Part shown: in pieces, positions 30,723-39,650 of the stretch
How positions within the stretch are numbered: the stretch's first letter is position 1
Layout of the letters: every line of letters starts with the position of its first letter
Origin: a virus
Length of the DNA: 64,000 nt
IMG/VR virus record: IMGVR_UViG_3300022752_000048
Span: 15,377 to 79,376 of that record
Strand: one strand, 5' to 3'
Notes under the pieces: generated by a model
What the model was told of the DNA's origin: nothing
Database searches by the model: none
Seen by the model: the letters and a program-made list of their open reading frames with translations, nothing else
Translations under genes and position numbers: made by a program

Positions 30723-33671
30723 ATGTCGCACTTTAAATTGTTTGATTTTGTTGACCAACATCCCGAAGAAAAACGTCCATGGAATAACCATTGGAAGAAC
30801 AAAAAAATCTGTACAAATATGCACTGCCATTCACACTTCTCATTAGATGGTGGTTCAACCGTTCAGACTATGGTTGAACGAGCTGTGGAATTGGAATACA
30901 CACACTTTACTCTTTCCGAGCACGGCAACGTAAACAGCGCCGTTGCTTTGTATCGAGAGGCTGAAAAGATTAATAAGAAAGAAAAGAAAATTAAGTTGTT
31001 TCATTCTGTCGAAGCTTATATTCGTCACCCTAAAGATGAAAAATCTACCCATATTACTATCGGATTTAAAACACAGGCCGCGTTTCAAAAATATTGTGAG
31101 CTCACCCACACACTTTACGATGAAAAACACATGGAAGTCAAATGGGGTGATGTTAAACCGGTAATGACTACCGAACACTTAGAAGAACTGGCAGCTCATG
31201 GAATTGTCATAGGGACTGGCTGTATTGGTTCATTCTTTAACTATCCTATCTATAAGCACGGTAACGTTAAAGAATCACGCGACCGCCTTGAATGGGTTAT
31301 GGGTCTAGTTGGCAAAGACAACATTTACGATGAATGGATTGTCGATGACCTTAGTAAATACTATGCGCCTGCAAAAGTTGAAGAAGGTAAAATTATTAAA
31401 GAGGCGGCGTTGGAACTTAACGAATGCTCACCACATTTATTGCAATACGGACAAAACACTCCAAACATTGGTAAAGCTGTAAATAATGTTCGCCGCCAGT
31501 ACGTTACTGGCCCACTAAACGTTAAACCTATTGTTTCGCTCGACTCCCATTATGCCCGTAAGAAAGATAAAGTAATTCAAGATTCTAAGAATTATGGTTC
31601 AGACTGGATTATGTCGAATTTTCAACATATGCGCGGTGCAGAAGAATATGCATATGAGGCTAAAAAATACGGTGATCTAGACGATAAATTTATTGAAGAG
31701 CTAATCGATAACACCGAAGACTATGCCGAACAGTTTAATAGTTATGAGTTTGGTCCATCAAAAGAATGGATCATGCCTAATTATGAAGACTCCAACCTAA
31801 AATGGATTGTCGACAAGATTAAATCTGAAAAACGAATTAACTTGGAAAGTAAAGATTACGCTGAGCGCCTCAATTATGAAATTAAAGTGCTTGGCAATAA
31901 TGGCGTATTTGACGGTCTAGCATATCTAAGAACGGTTAGCGAAATTTGCGACGAGGCGGAAAAACGCAATATTTTGGTTAATACACGTGGTTCAGCTGGT
32001 GGTAGCCTTTCGTATTTTGCTGTGGGTGCATCCGTTACTGATCCAATTAAATATGATCTTCAGTTTGAACGTCATATTACTCTTGGCCGTATTAAGTCTG
32101 GATCTTTGCCAGACTGTGATTTGGACTTTGACGTAAAAGACGAAGCCCTAAAAATGATCTACGAAATGTATCCTGACCGAGTTTTGCCCATTTCAGTAAA
32201 CCAAAACCTTAAACCTCGCTCGGCAATTAAAGATGCAGAACGTTTTATTCTCGGATCTGTACGGCAGGAAACGGAAATCCTAACTAAGTCAATGCCAATT
32301 GTTCCACAAGGTAAAGACGAGACTGAATGGTTGTTTGGTTACGAAGATCATGAAACTGGTGAGCACGTCCAAGGCTATTTTGAGACTTCCCCAGAGCTTC
32401 GCACCTATGCAGAAAAGAATCCAGAAATTTGGATGATGGTAGAACAAATGTGTGGTGTTATGCGGCAAAAATCTTCACACCCGTGCGGGCTTATTATTAC
32501 ACCGTCCGATAGCAAGAAATGGCTGCCAGTTTGTCGCGTAGGTGGAAAGAATGGCGCACTTGTTACAGCGTGGTGCCCAAAAGATTTGGAATGGTATCGT
32601 GCAGTAAAGTTTGACGTGCTTGGTGTTAAAAAGATGCAAACAATCAAGAAAACATTCGAGCTGATTAAACAACGCCATGGAATTGATTTAAAATGGGGTG
32701 AGTTTGATCATAATGATCAAGTGTTTGAGAATATTTATCACGCAGGTAAAACCGATGCCACGTTCCAAACAAATACTTCCGGTATTCGTTCGTTGTGTGT
32801 AAGAACTAAACCAAAAAACATTGTTGATATTTCCAACCTAATTGCTTTGTATCGTCCATCTACAATTGACTGGCAGATGCATTTGCAGGCATCTGAAGAG
32901 CGACCAAGCGGATTTCACGGCAACGCTATGGAATTTTATGTGCAATGCTCTGCCGGCAATCAGAAACCGTATTATATTCATCCCTCGCTCGAACCTATTT
33001 TTGGTTCGACGTTCGGAGTACCATTGTTTCAAGAACAGATCCTAAAGCTTGCTCGAGAAGTCGGCGGCTATTCATTTGAAGAAGCAGAAAACCTTCGTCG
33101 CGGTATTGGTAAAAAAGATAAAAAGCTTATTAACGAAATTCTAGATGATATGGAAAAACGAATTATTGCCAAAGACTCTTCCTGGACCAAAAGCCAATTG
33201 CACGAATTGCGGGAAATGGTTATTGCATCTGCACGTTATGGATTCAATTGTGCCCATAGTACATCTTATGGAATTGTTTCTTACGCTACGGCATGGCTTA
33301 AAAATAATTATCCGTTGGAATTCTGGACGGCAGAGTTGAGCGTTGAATATGGCGATGAAGACAAACTCCGGGAATATTCACAATTAATTTCTGATAAACT
33401 ACTTCAGCCATCCGTCCTGCATTCCGACACTACAGACTTTGTCATTGAAGGAGGCAAGATTCGCGTCCCCTTATGTGTTTTAAAGGGAGTTGGAGAAGAA
33501 GCTGCAAAAGCGGTCAAAAAACTCATGCATAATAGTTTAGAGGAGATCGGTTTAACCAAAAAGCCACAAGTGGTCAAAAACCCGAAAGAATCCACTAAAC
33601 GTGCAAAAGTACTTAGTGACCAAAAACCGGATGATAATTTGCTGTCGCTCAGGCAAGGGCAGGAAACCTAA
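30723..33671 (+). CDS. dnaE: DNA polymerase III alpha-like (DnaE), N-terminal fragment: PHP + polymerase + first HhH
   Basis: PHP HCHSHFSLDG/SEHGN/LDSHY; RGSAGGS; PDCDLDF; KFDVLG; ALYRP; YGFNCAHSTSY. Homology stops after LKGVGEEAAKAV, and there is no OB fold. Confidence 0.95.
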   Translation: MSHFKLFDFVDQHPEEKRPWNNHWKNKKICTNMHCHSHFSLDGGSTVQTMVERAVELEYTHFTLSEHGNVNSAVALYREAEKINKKEKKIKLFHSVEAYIRHPKDEKSTHITIGFKTQAAFQKYCELTHTLYDEKHMEVKWGDVKPVMTTEHLEELAAHGIVIGTGCIGSFFNYPIYKHGNVKESRDRLEWVMGLVGKDNIYDEWIVDDLSKYYAPAKVEEGKIIKEAALELNECSPHLLQYGQNTPNIGKAVNNVRRQYVTGPLNVKPIVSLDSHYARKKDKVIQDSKNYGSDWIMSNFQHMRGAEEYAYEAKKYGDLDDKFIEELIDNTEDYAEQFNSYEFGPSKEWIMPNYEDSNLKWIVDKIKSEKRINLESKDYAERLNYEIKVLGNNGVFDGLAYLRTVSEICDEAEKRNILVNTRGSAGGSLSYFAVGASVTDPIKYDLQFERHITLGRIKSGSLPDCDLDFDVKDEALKMIYEMYPDRVLPISVNQNLKPRSAIKDAERFILGSVRQETEILTKSMPIVPQGKDETEWLFGYEDHETGEHVQGYFETSPELRTYAEKNPEIWMMVEQMCGVMRQKSSHPCGLIITPSDSKKWLPVCRVGGKNGALVTAWCPKDLEWYRAVKFDVLGVKKMQTIKKTFELIKQRHGIDLKWGEFDHNDQVFENIYHAGKTDATFQTNTSGIRSLCVRTKPKNIVDISNLIALYRPSTIDWQMHLQASEERPSGFHGNAMEFYVQCSAGNQKPYYIHPSLEPIFGSTFGVPLFQEQILKLAREVGGYSFEEAENLRRGIGKKDKKLINEILDDMEKRIIAKDSSWTKSQLHELREMVIASARYGFNCAHSTSYGIVSYATAWLKNNYPLEFWTAELSVEYGDEDKLREYSQLISDKLLQPSVLHSDTTDFVIEGGKIRVPLCVLKGVGEEAAKAVKKLMHNSLEEIGLTKKPQVVKNPKESTKRAKVLSDQKPDDNLLSLRQGQET

Positions 33672-33763
33672 AACCTACTTTTTATGGTGGCGTGCGAATT
33701 TCCCAAGCTGGAAAACAATCATTAAATATAAAATGCCAACAAGAATAAATAAAAAAACAATAT

Positions 33764-33796
33764 ATCATGGCGGTTTAGGACTGCCGCGATTTTTTT
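33764..33796 (+). terminator. Probable rho-independent terminator after dnaE-N
   Basis: Imperfect stem ATCATGGCGGT-TTAGG-ACTGCCGCGAT followed by a T-run. Confidence 0.55.
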
Positions 33797-33942
33797 GGGT
33801 TATGTTAACTGACACTAAAGGGCAAACAATAACTTATGACGAGGTAAAAAAAGAATCTATTTTTGAAACAAGTTCAAAGATAGATCTTCTAGAATTTTTA
33901 GCAGATAATAAATTCCCATCACAAATATTAGATGTTTTTATG

Positions 33943-34497
33943 TCAAAACTCTAATTTAAAGCCGAATCCTAAGCTTTTATCTTTAAATTCATATCCAGTT
34001 TCTAGCCAAAGCGGGCCGTATAATCGAAACCCAAGATTTAATTCAATGTTTAATTCTTCGGTTGGTTTTGTCGTTAACAATTTATCAATAGATTTTTCAG
34101 CCATTAATCCGGCAGAATATTTAGATAAATTTTGTTTTTGAACTATTTCTGTTTCTTTCTTTACGCTTTCTTTTTCTTTTGTTTCTTTAGAATTCTTGGA
34201 ATCTTTGTCTACAACTTCCGAATTGCTTTCCTCGGTTTTGCTTTCTTCTTTAGTAGTTTCAATAACTTCGCCATTTGGTTTAGTTATTTTTTTAGTAATT
34301 TTTTTCTCTGTTTTTTTAGATTGATATTCTTTTTCAAGGCGTTCGCGCTCTTCTGCAATTACTTTTTCTGTTTTTTCTTTATCTACAACAAGAACTTCTT
34401 TGATTTGAATATCTGGTGCTGGGCGATTACCATAGCCAATGGCATAACCGCCTACTAAACATAATGCTGCCGCAATTATATATTTTTTATCAAGCAT
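33943..34497 (-). CDS. Spanin-position membrane protein (N-terminal TM, charged linker, C-terminal OM beta strands)
   Basis: Overlaps the endolysin stop. Hydrophobic N-terminus YIIAAALCLVGGYAIGYG, K/E-rich middle, amphipathic strands ending LGFGFKLEF. Confidence 0.6.
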   Translation of the reverse strand: MLDKKYIIAAALCLVGGYAIGYGNRPAPDIQIKEVLVVDKEKTEKVIAEERERLEKEYQSKKTEKKITKKITKPNGEVIETTKEESKTEESNSEVVDKDSKNSKETKEKESVKKETEIVQKQNLSKYSAGLMAEKSIDKLLTTKPTEELNIELNLGFRLYGPLWLETGYEFKDKSLGFGFKLEF

Positions 34498-34936
34498 AAG
34501 GATTTTTCTTTTGCAGATCTTTCCAAGTTAAATCTTGGGGATTGTATTCAAAATGAGCCGTCTCTTTAAATTTTTTCCAATTACCAGCCCATCGTAAACC
34601 CTTTGGCTCTAGTATTGGTTTGATTAAAGTCCAAATTTTTTTGTAAAGTTTTTCATCCCAAACAATATCGCCCTTTTTATCTACAAAATGGAAATCGCCG
34701 GCTAGTCTATAATTGTGAGTTGATTGTCCGCCTTTGGCGTTTGTAACAATCTTTCCGGCTTCGGAACGGCCAAGCGCGTAGAGTTTATCTTGATCTTCGG
34801 GAGATCTATAGCCAGAATGGCATTGCATATTTAGCCCATTGGCATATGCAATTTCTAACATTCGATTCATTACTTCTTGCGCGGGTGGGATTAACTCAGC
34901 TACTAGCTTTTTTGTTCTTTGATCCATTTCCAGCAT
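34490..34936 (-). CDS. Endolysin, M15 family L-Ala-D-Glu peptidase
   Basis: SGYRS..Q..LY..GR...VTNAKGGQSTHNYRLAGDF and ETAHFE Zn-peptidase motifs. Confidence 0.9.
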   Translation of the reverse strand: MLEMDQRTKKLVAELIPPAQEVMNRMLEIAYANGLNMQCHSGYRSPEDQDKLYALGRSEAGKIVTNAKGGQSTHNYRLAGDFHFVDKKGDIVWDEKLYKKIWTLIKPILEPKGLRWAGNWKKFKETAHFEYNPQDLTWKDLQKKNPYA

Positions 34937-35138
34937 TTTCAGATTCCTCTTTCTTTTGCATGCGAGGTTCTTTATATGCCTTTTCTACACCATTCACAGC
35001 AGCTAGCGCAATGGCTACTGATGCAATAGAATTTGCAACGTCTACATTATGGGTATAGCCCAAAATGGCTAGTAATGTGATTGTATAAAAAGCAATTGCC
35101 GTACGTCTGCAGCCATTGAATGGTTTTAGCAACATCAT
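34896..35138 (-). CDS. Putative holin
   Basis: 80 aa with two hydrophobic segments and a charged C-tail, directly upstream of and overlapping the endolysin. Confidence 0.6.
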   Translation of the reverse strand: MMLLKPFNGCRRTAIAFYTITLLAILGYTHNVDVANSIASVAIALAAVNGVEKAYKEPRMQKKEESENAGNGSKNKKASS

Positions 35139-36841
35139 TTATACTTCTTTTTTAATAAAGAATGCGCCTTTTTAAGGATCTCTACGCTTCCAAACCCTTG
35201 TTTTTTTACTGGTTTGTCATTTACAGATTGTTGTTCGCCCATTCTTTTAGAATAATCACCAACAATATCAGATTCTGGGATTTCTCCCGCCACAGCACCC
35301 TCTTTCGGCTTGCTTGGAAATGCTGGATTTTTAGCCTGCTCGGCAGATTTGTACATAGACTTGGCAGCTTCTCCGTTGCCAGACCCTTGTTTTTGTTTCA
35401 TCTTTCTTTCAATTTCTGCTTTTGGCATAGCTATAAACCCTTCATTTGCCGAAGGGATTTCTTCCGGTTTTTGAGTTTCTGTCTTTTGCTTTTGAGCAGC
35501 TTCCTGTCTGGCCTTTAGTTCTGCGATTCTAGCAGCATATTCTGCAGCGCCGCCACCAGCGACCATTGAGCTGCCGCCTTTTTTGGGCTTTGTTTTTGCT
35601 CTGAATTCACCAGAACCCGGCGAATAATTTTCTTGTGAAACAATTCCTTGCGCCTCTTTGGTAGCGCCTTCTGTTGCGTCACCAATATCGCGTTCTGTCG
35701 CTCCTTGTGGTCTTAAACCTGAACCGCCTTTGGCTCCTTGTCGAGCTAAAAACCAATCCATGTGCTCGGCCTGAGCCTGTGCACTTGGGCCGTATTTAGA
35801 ACTACGACCCGGCACGCCTCTTGATCCAGGGCCAGTAAGTTGTGTTAAAGAACCGCGTGAATCTGGGGAATAGTTTCTTGAATATAAATTTTGATCTGCG
35901 CTTCCCTGGTATTGGCGTTTTGTTTCAAAACCAGGAACTCGCCTAGTTTCTTCTTGTTCCATAAATTCTTTTGGCATTTCTTCAGAAGCAGGTTTTTGTT
36001 CAGCACGAAATTGCTCTGCAGCCATAGAAACTTTTGGATCATAAAGAGCGCTCTTTGTATCAGGATCTTCGAAATCGGGATCATAATTGGGAGACTGAGG
36101 ATCACCAAGACCAAGAGCAGCCGCGCCAAATTTTTGTTTTGCGCTCAAGATTTGCTCATTAAGCTCTTTCATTCTTTTTAATCTTTGAGGTGCAAGTTTT
36201 GGATCTTGAGCGTTTTTAATTTCTTCTTCGGTTTTTGGCTTTGCAAGTGACCTGAGTTCTTCTTGCAAGGGAGCAATATCTTGCTCAAATTGTCGACGTA
36301 CTTCGGTGTCACGGCCAACTTTCCTTGGTACTGAGACTGTTTCAGTTTTTGGAACTTGAACATCAACAGGTTTGCCTGTGTATTCTTGTTCGGCATGTTT
36401 ATTGTGATATTTCAAAGCAGTTTTGTAGTGCGCTTGAGCTGCTTTTGCATCTCCACTTCGCTCTGCATCTTCGCCCATATCTTGAGCTAATTTAGCTACT
36501 TCTCTGTACCTTTTTTGACGTTTTAGGTCTTTCATTGCATCTGTAAGTGCAGCATCGTCGTTTTCTTCGTCAGCCTTCATCATTGCCGTTTGAGAAGAAG
36601 TTTGTACCATTCCGGGGCTCATCTCCCCTGCTGGACGCGACCCACCCATTGGCATTGCCTGTTTTTGCAGTTCCGTAGCTTTTTCCATTCTGAGTTTGTT
36701 AAATACATCAGAGCGATCTTCTGGAGCAACCTTTGGCATTACTTCATTGACTTTAGCGGGGCCTTTAATTTCTTTCACTGCTTGGTCAACGGACATAGCT
36801 TTGCACATTTTATGCATTTTTTTAAGATGCTGGATGCTCAT
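35135..36841 (-). CDS. Large low-complexity charged protein, probable head/internal virion protein
   Basis: 568 aa, K/E/Q/G-rich, with several (L/M)xK(S/A) motifs; GGAG RBS; late-type promoter upstream. Confidence 0.55.
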   Translation of the reverse strand: MSIQHLKKMHKMCKAMSVDQAVKEIKGPAKVNEVMPKVAPEDRSDVFNKLRMEKATELQKQAMPMGGSRPAGEMSPGMVQTSSQTAMMKADEENDDAALTDAMKDLKRQKRYREVAKLAQDMGEDAERSGDAKAAQAHYKTALKYHNKHAEQEYTGKPVDVQVPKTETVSVPRKVGRDTEVRRQFEQDIAPLQEELRSLAKPKTEEEIKNAQDPKLAPQRLKRMKELNEQILSAKQKFGAAALGLGDPQSPNYDPDFEDPDTKSALYDPKVSMAAEQFRAEQKPASEEMPKEFMEQEETRRVPGFETKRQYQGSADQNLYSRNYSPDSRGSLTQLTGPGSRGVPGRSSKYGPSAQAQAEHMDWFLARQGAKGGSGLRPQGATERDIGDATEGATKEAQGIVSQENYSPGSGEFRAKTKPKKGGSSMVAGGGAAEYAARIAELKARQEAAQKQKTETQKPEEIPSANEGFIAMPKAEIERKMKQKQGSGNGEAAKSMYKSAEQAKNPAFPSKPKEGAVAGEIPESDIVGDYSKRMGEQQSVNDKPVKKQGFGSVEILKKAHSLLKKKYK

Positions 36842-36859
36842 TTTTTTACTCCAAAAACC

Positions 36860-36924
36860 TTGACTTTTATTGAAATTAATGCCATTGTCTTATATTAGCA
36901 AATCGCTAATATAAATTATACACT
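36860..36924. promoter_or_regulatory. Overlapping face-to-face promoters with 10-bp inverted repeat
   Basis: Plus strand TTGACT-17-CATTGT (36860..36888); minus strand AGTGTATAATTT (36913..36924); perfect inverted repeat TTATATTAGC-AAATC-GCTAATATAA (36890..36914). Confidence 0.55.
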
Positions 36925-36935
36925 TGGAGTCGTCT

Positions 36936-37859
36936 ATGGCAATTGATTTAAGTAAGATGACATTTGGCGCTGAGTTAGAACTGGGTGATGTTGATACAAA
37001 AATTGTTTTACCGCCCGGAAATAGATGGTGCGATAAAGACGGATCTATCTGTAATTCCAACGGAACTGCAAACGATCCCAAAAAAATCTTCAATCGATAT
37101 GGCGGCGAAATCCAAATGAAACCGGAAAACACACCGGAAGAATTGCTTCGTGCTACGAAGGAGATTTACGACCTTCTCCCTAAAAAACATTTTAACTTTA
37201 CAACTAATTTACACGTTCATATTCGTATCCCCGGCCTTAAAGACGATTTAGAGGCCCTAAAGAAAATTGTCACGTATCTTCGAAAATATGATGAAGAAAT
37301 CTATGAACTTATAGATCCAAACCCATTTCCAGAGCGTCAGCTAAAGTTTTCAAATCCAGATTTTTATAATGGTGCAGTCTCAAGATGGCGTCGAAGGAAT
37401 AAATCCCATAGATACCGGGTTACAGAAAAAGTTTATAAACTTATGATGAATGCCAAATCTCCACGCGAATTTTACGAGGCACACGCCCCCAAGAATCGTT
37501 TTGGACAACCTATGTGGCATGTTGTTGTTAGGGCTGGTGTTAACCTAAAACAAATATTCGAAGATACGGAAACTATTGAGTTTCGGCATTTCACGATGTC
37601 GCCAGATTTAAACAAAATGCTTTCCGCCTATAAATGGCCAAAGCTTTTGATGGAAGCTATTTTTGTTACTGGTCATACACCAAAACAAATTTTAGAAAAC
37701 AATCCAGATCTGGTATTTCAAAACTTTCATCCGTATGACCACGGGCTAGACAAAATTTTTAGGCAGACTAATGTTTATCATAACAAACGTTCAGAAGTAC
37801 GAGAGAATTACAAGCGTTTAATCGAACAAGGTTTGATAAACGAACAGTCCTTATATTGA
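36936..37859 (+). CDS. Amidoligase (COOH-NH2 ligase, Amidoligase_2-like)
   Basis: TFGAELE, W.DKDGSI, GGEI, LHVHI and TETIEFRHF motifs. Start moved to ATG 36936, which follows a GGAG RBS. Confidence 0.8.
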   Translation: MAIDLSKMTFGAELELGDVDTKIVLPPGNRWCDKDGSICNSNGTANDPKKIFNRYGGEIQMKPENTPEELLRATKEIYDLLPKKHFNFTTNLHVHIRIPGLKDDLEALKKIVTYLRKYDEEIYELIDPNPFPERQLKFSNPDFYNGAVSRWRRRNKSHRYRVTEKVYKLMMNAKSPREFYEAHAPKNRFGQPMWHVVVRAGVNLKQIFEDTETIEFRHFTMSPDLNKMLSAYKWPKLLMEAIFVTGHTPKQILENNPDLVFQNFHPYDHGLDKIFRQTNVYHNKRSEVRENYKRLIEQGLINEQSLY

Positions 37860-37866
37860 GGAATAT

Positions 37867-38319
37867 ATGAAAATTTTATTTATCTGTACTGGCAATAAAT
37901 TCCGCAGTCCAACTGCGGAGCATATTATGAAATGCCTAGCGCCGCATTTAGAAGTTAAATCCGCTGGAACCGCAGAAGGAGCTGATAAAAACTATTTAAT
38001 GGCTAAAAAAATGCGTCGTTGTTTAGTGGAATTAGGTTATCCCGAGCCTAAAATTCGGTCGCAGCATGTTACGGATGATCTTATGAATTGGGCTGATGTA
38101 GTTTTTTATATGGCACCAATTCATGGTAAATATTTGTTTGAAAACCATTACCCGTTTATTAATAAAACCCAAGGTTTATACAGTTGGCTTCCAGAAGAAA
38201 GTTTAAAAAGGATTGAAGACCCCGCCTTTATTAAAAATCACGAAGATGTAATGGAAATTACTAAATTAATTGAAAAAGCTGTAAAATCAATTCTGGCACA
38301 ACAAGCTAAGCGTATTTAA
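37867..38319 (+). CDS. Low-molecular-weight phosphatase (LMW-PTP/ArsC fold)
   Basis: ILFICTGNKFRS P-loop, SAGT, WADVVFYM and IEDP general acid. Confidence 0.9.
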   Translation: MKILFICTGNKFRSPTAEHIMKCLAPHLEVKSAGTAEGADKNYLMAKKMRRCLVELGYPEPKIRSQHVTDDLMNWADVVFYMAPIHGKYLFENHYPFINKTQGLYSWLPEESLKRIEDPAFIKNHEDVMEITKLIEKAVKSILAQQAKRI

Positions 38320-38549
38320 ATTTCAGAATTGCTGATTTTGTTTTTTTGACGAGAGCCTGTTGGGATAGAGGTACCCGGAAGTTTAGGAGCTTCCGGCATT
38401 TTTATTTCTGGAGCTTTAAATGTAGTTTTCTTGGAAATAGAAGATACAGTGCCGTCCAGAATTTTATACATTCTGTCTTGGACAGTTTCGGCAGGGGTGG
38501 ATTTAGCCATTTTCTTGCATAGTTCGACTATTTCTAATAGCTTGTTCAA
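38316..38549 (-). CDS. Small K/P-rich protein, probable virion protein
   Basis: TTG start with GAGG RBS, MAKS motif, and TGGTAAAAT upstream (38600..38608). Confidence 0.5.
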   Translation of the reverse strand: MNKLLEIVELCKKMAKSTPAETVQDRMYKILDGTVSSISKKTTFKAPEIKMPEAPKLPGTSIPTGSRQKNKISNSEI

Positions 38550-39039
38550 GTTCGGCCTCTGTTACAATCCAAGGTGGTACGCAAACCATTTTATGCTCTA
38601 TTTTACCATATTGGATATTGGATAAAAAAGGCTTCATGAGTTCTTGTTCATCTTGGTGGCGATTTTCTTTAATATAACCGATACTATTGATATTTTTATC
38701 AAGTAGTTTAGACATACAAGCCATGCAGGGCTGGATACTCACAATAAATTGATATTTATGAATATTCATTGTTTCTGTCATCTTTTCAATAAGATCTGCC
38801 TCGGCATGACGAACTAAGAATTTTTTGGCAGGATTTTTGTCGATTGCAAGTTCAGCAAGAGCCTTTGAACTTTTTTCAAAAGCAGAAATTATCTTATTAA
38901 CGCCGTAGGCAACAACCGAATTTGTTGAAGGGTCTATGGCAATTGAAACTACCTGAACTAGTGGATCGCTACTTCGTTTTTTAAGAACGTCAAATAGGAT
39001 CTCGGTGCTAACTACAGGATAGGTGCCGTAGACAAACAT
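38503..39039 (-). CDS. dCMP/cytidine deaminase-like protein
   Basis: SSDP.VQV, HAE and PCMAC zinc motifs. Confidence 0.8.
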   Translation of the reverse strand: MFVYGTYPVVSTEILFDVLKKRSSDPLVQVVSIAIDPSTNSVVAYGVNKIISAFEKSSKALAELAIDKNPAKKFLVRHAEADLIEKMTETMNIHKYQFIVSIQPCMACMSKLLDKNINSIGYIKENRHQDEQELMKPFLSNIQYGKIEHKMVCVPPWIVTEAELEQAIRNSRTMQENG

Positions 39040-39650
39040 TCTTTAATTCCTTGCTGTAGCTTTTGCACTACTTGTTCGGGTGAATCTTCAAAATCTACTT
39101 TTACTAGAGTAACAGGGGCGCGGCATAAATCCAAGAAATATCCTACGCACATCTTTGCTCTATCTGTAAATACCTGAACATTATTAAATGTTAAATCAGG
39201 AAGTCGTTCTTCGACAATTCCGGCATTTTTTCTGCGGAGCGAAAGGCGTTCTCTGATTTTTTCTACTGCAAAGTCGTAATGAACTACTACAACACGAATA
39301 TCTTGTTTATGGCGATATTCGTTCACCATTTCAACCCAACGTGAGGTCGACATAACGCCATCGATAATAACTGTATCTGATAGCTCTAGAGCATCGAAAA
39401 AACCAGTTCTAACTAAGGATGGTGTGGTTATAGAATCCGTGCCAGAATTTTTATTACCAACCAAAACACAATTATCATATTGAACAATACTATATTTTTG
39501 CTCAATCGTAGCACCTCTATTTGGCATCCGCTTTTTAATGAATTTACCCATCTTAGAAATTTCTTTGCCGGCCCCCTGGCAAAAAGTGTTTCTAGTGGTA
39601 GTTTTACCTGTTGCGCCTGCGCCCATAAGGAAAATTGCTAGCTTAGTCAT
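39012..39650 (-). CDS. P-loop kinase, type associated with DNA base-modification clusters
   Basis: Walker A GAGATGKTT, LVG...SGTDSI, VIIDG and lid RERLSLRR. Confidence 0.7.
   Translation of the reverse strand: MTKLAIFLMGAGATGKTTTRNTFCQGAGKEISKMGKFIKKRMPNRGATIEQKYSIVQYDNCVLVGNKNSGTDSITTPSLVRTGFFDALELSDTVIIDGVMSTSRWVEMVNEYRHKQDIRVVVVHYDFAVEKIRERLSLRRKNAGIVEERLPDLTFNNVQVFTDRAKMCVGYFLDLCRAPVTLVKVDFEDSPEQVVQKLQQGIKECLSTAPIL

Noticed and set aside
33520-33540. HN-S tripeptide (LMHNS) at the end of the DnaE-N homology, resembling an intein C-terminal junction
   Set aside because: Wrong position for a split intein: the N-fragment should end with an N-intein and the C-fragment begin with a C-intein. 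Neither is present.
33601-33954. 117-aa plus-strand ORF overlapping the dnaE-N end (possible frameshift continuation)
   Set aside because: No DnaE similarity, and it runs through a terminator hairpin. At most a ~50-aa ORF from ATG 33802 without a clear RBS.
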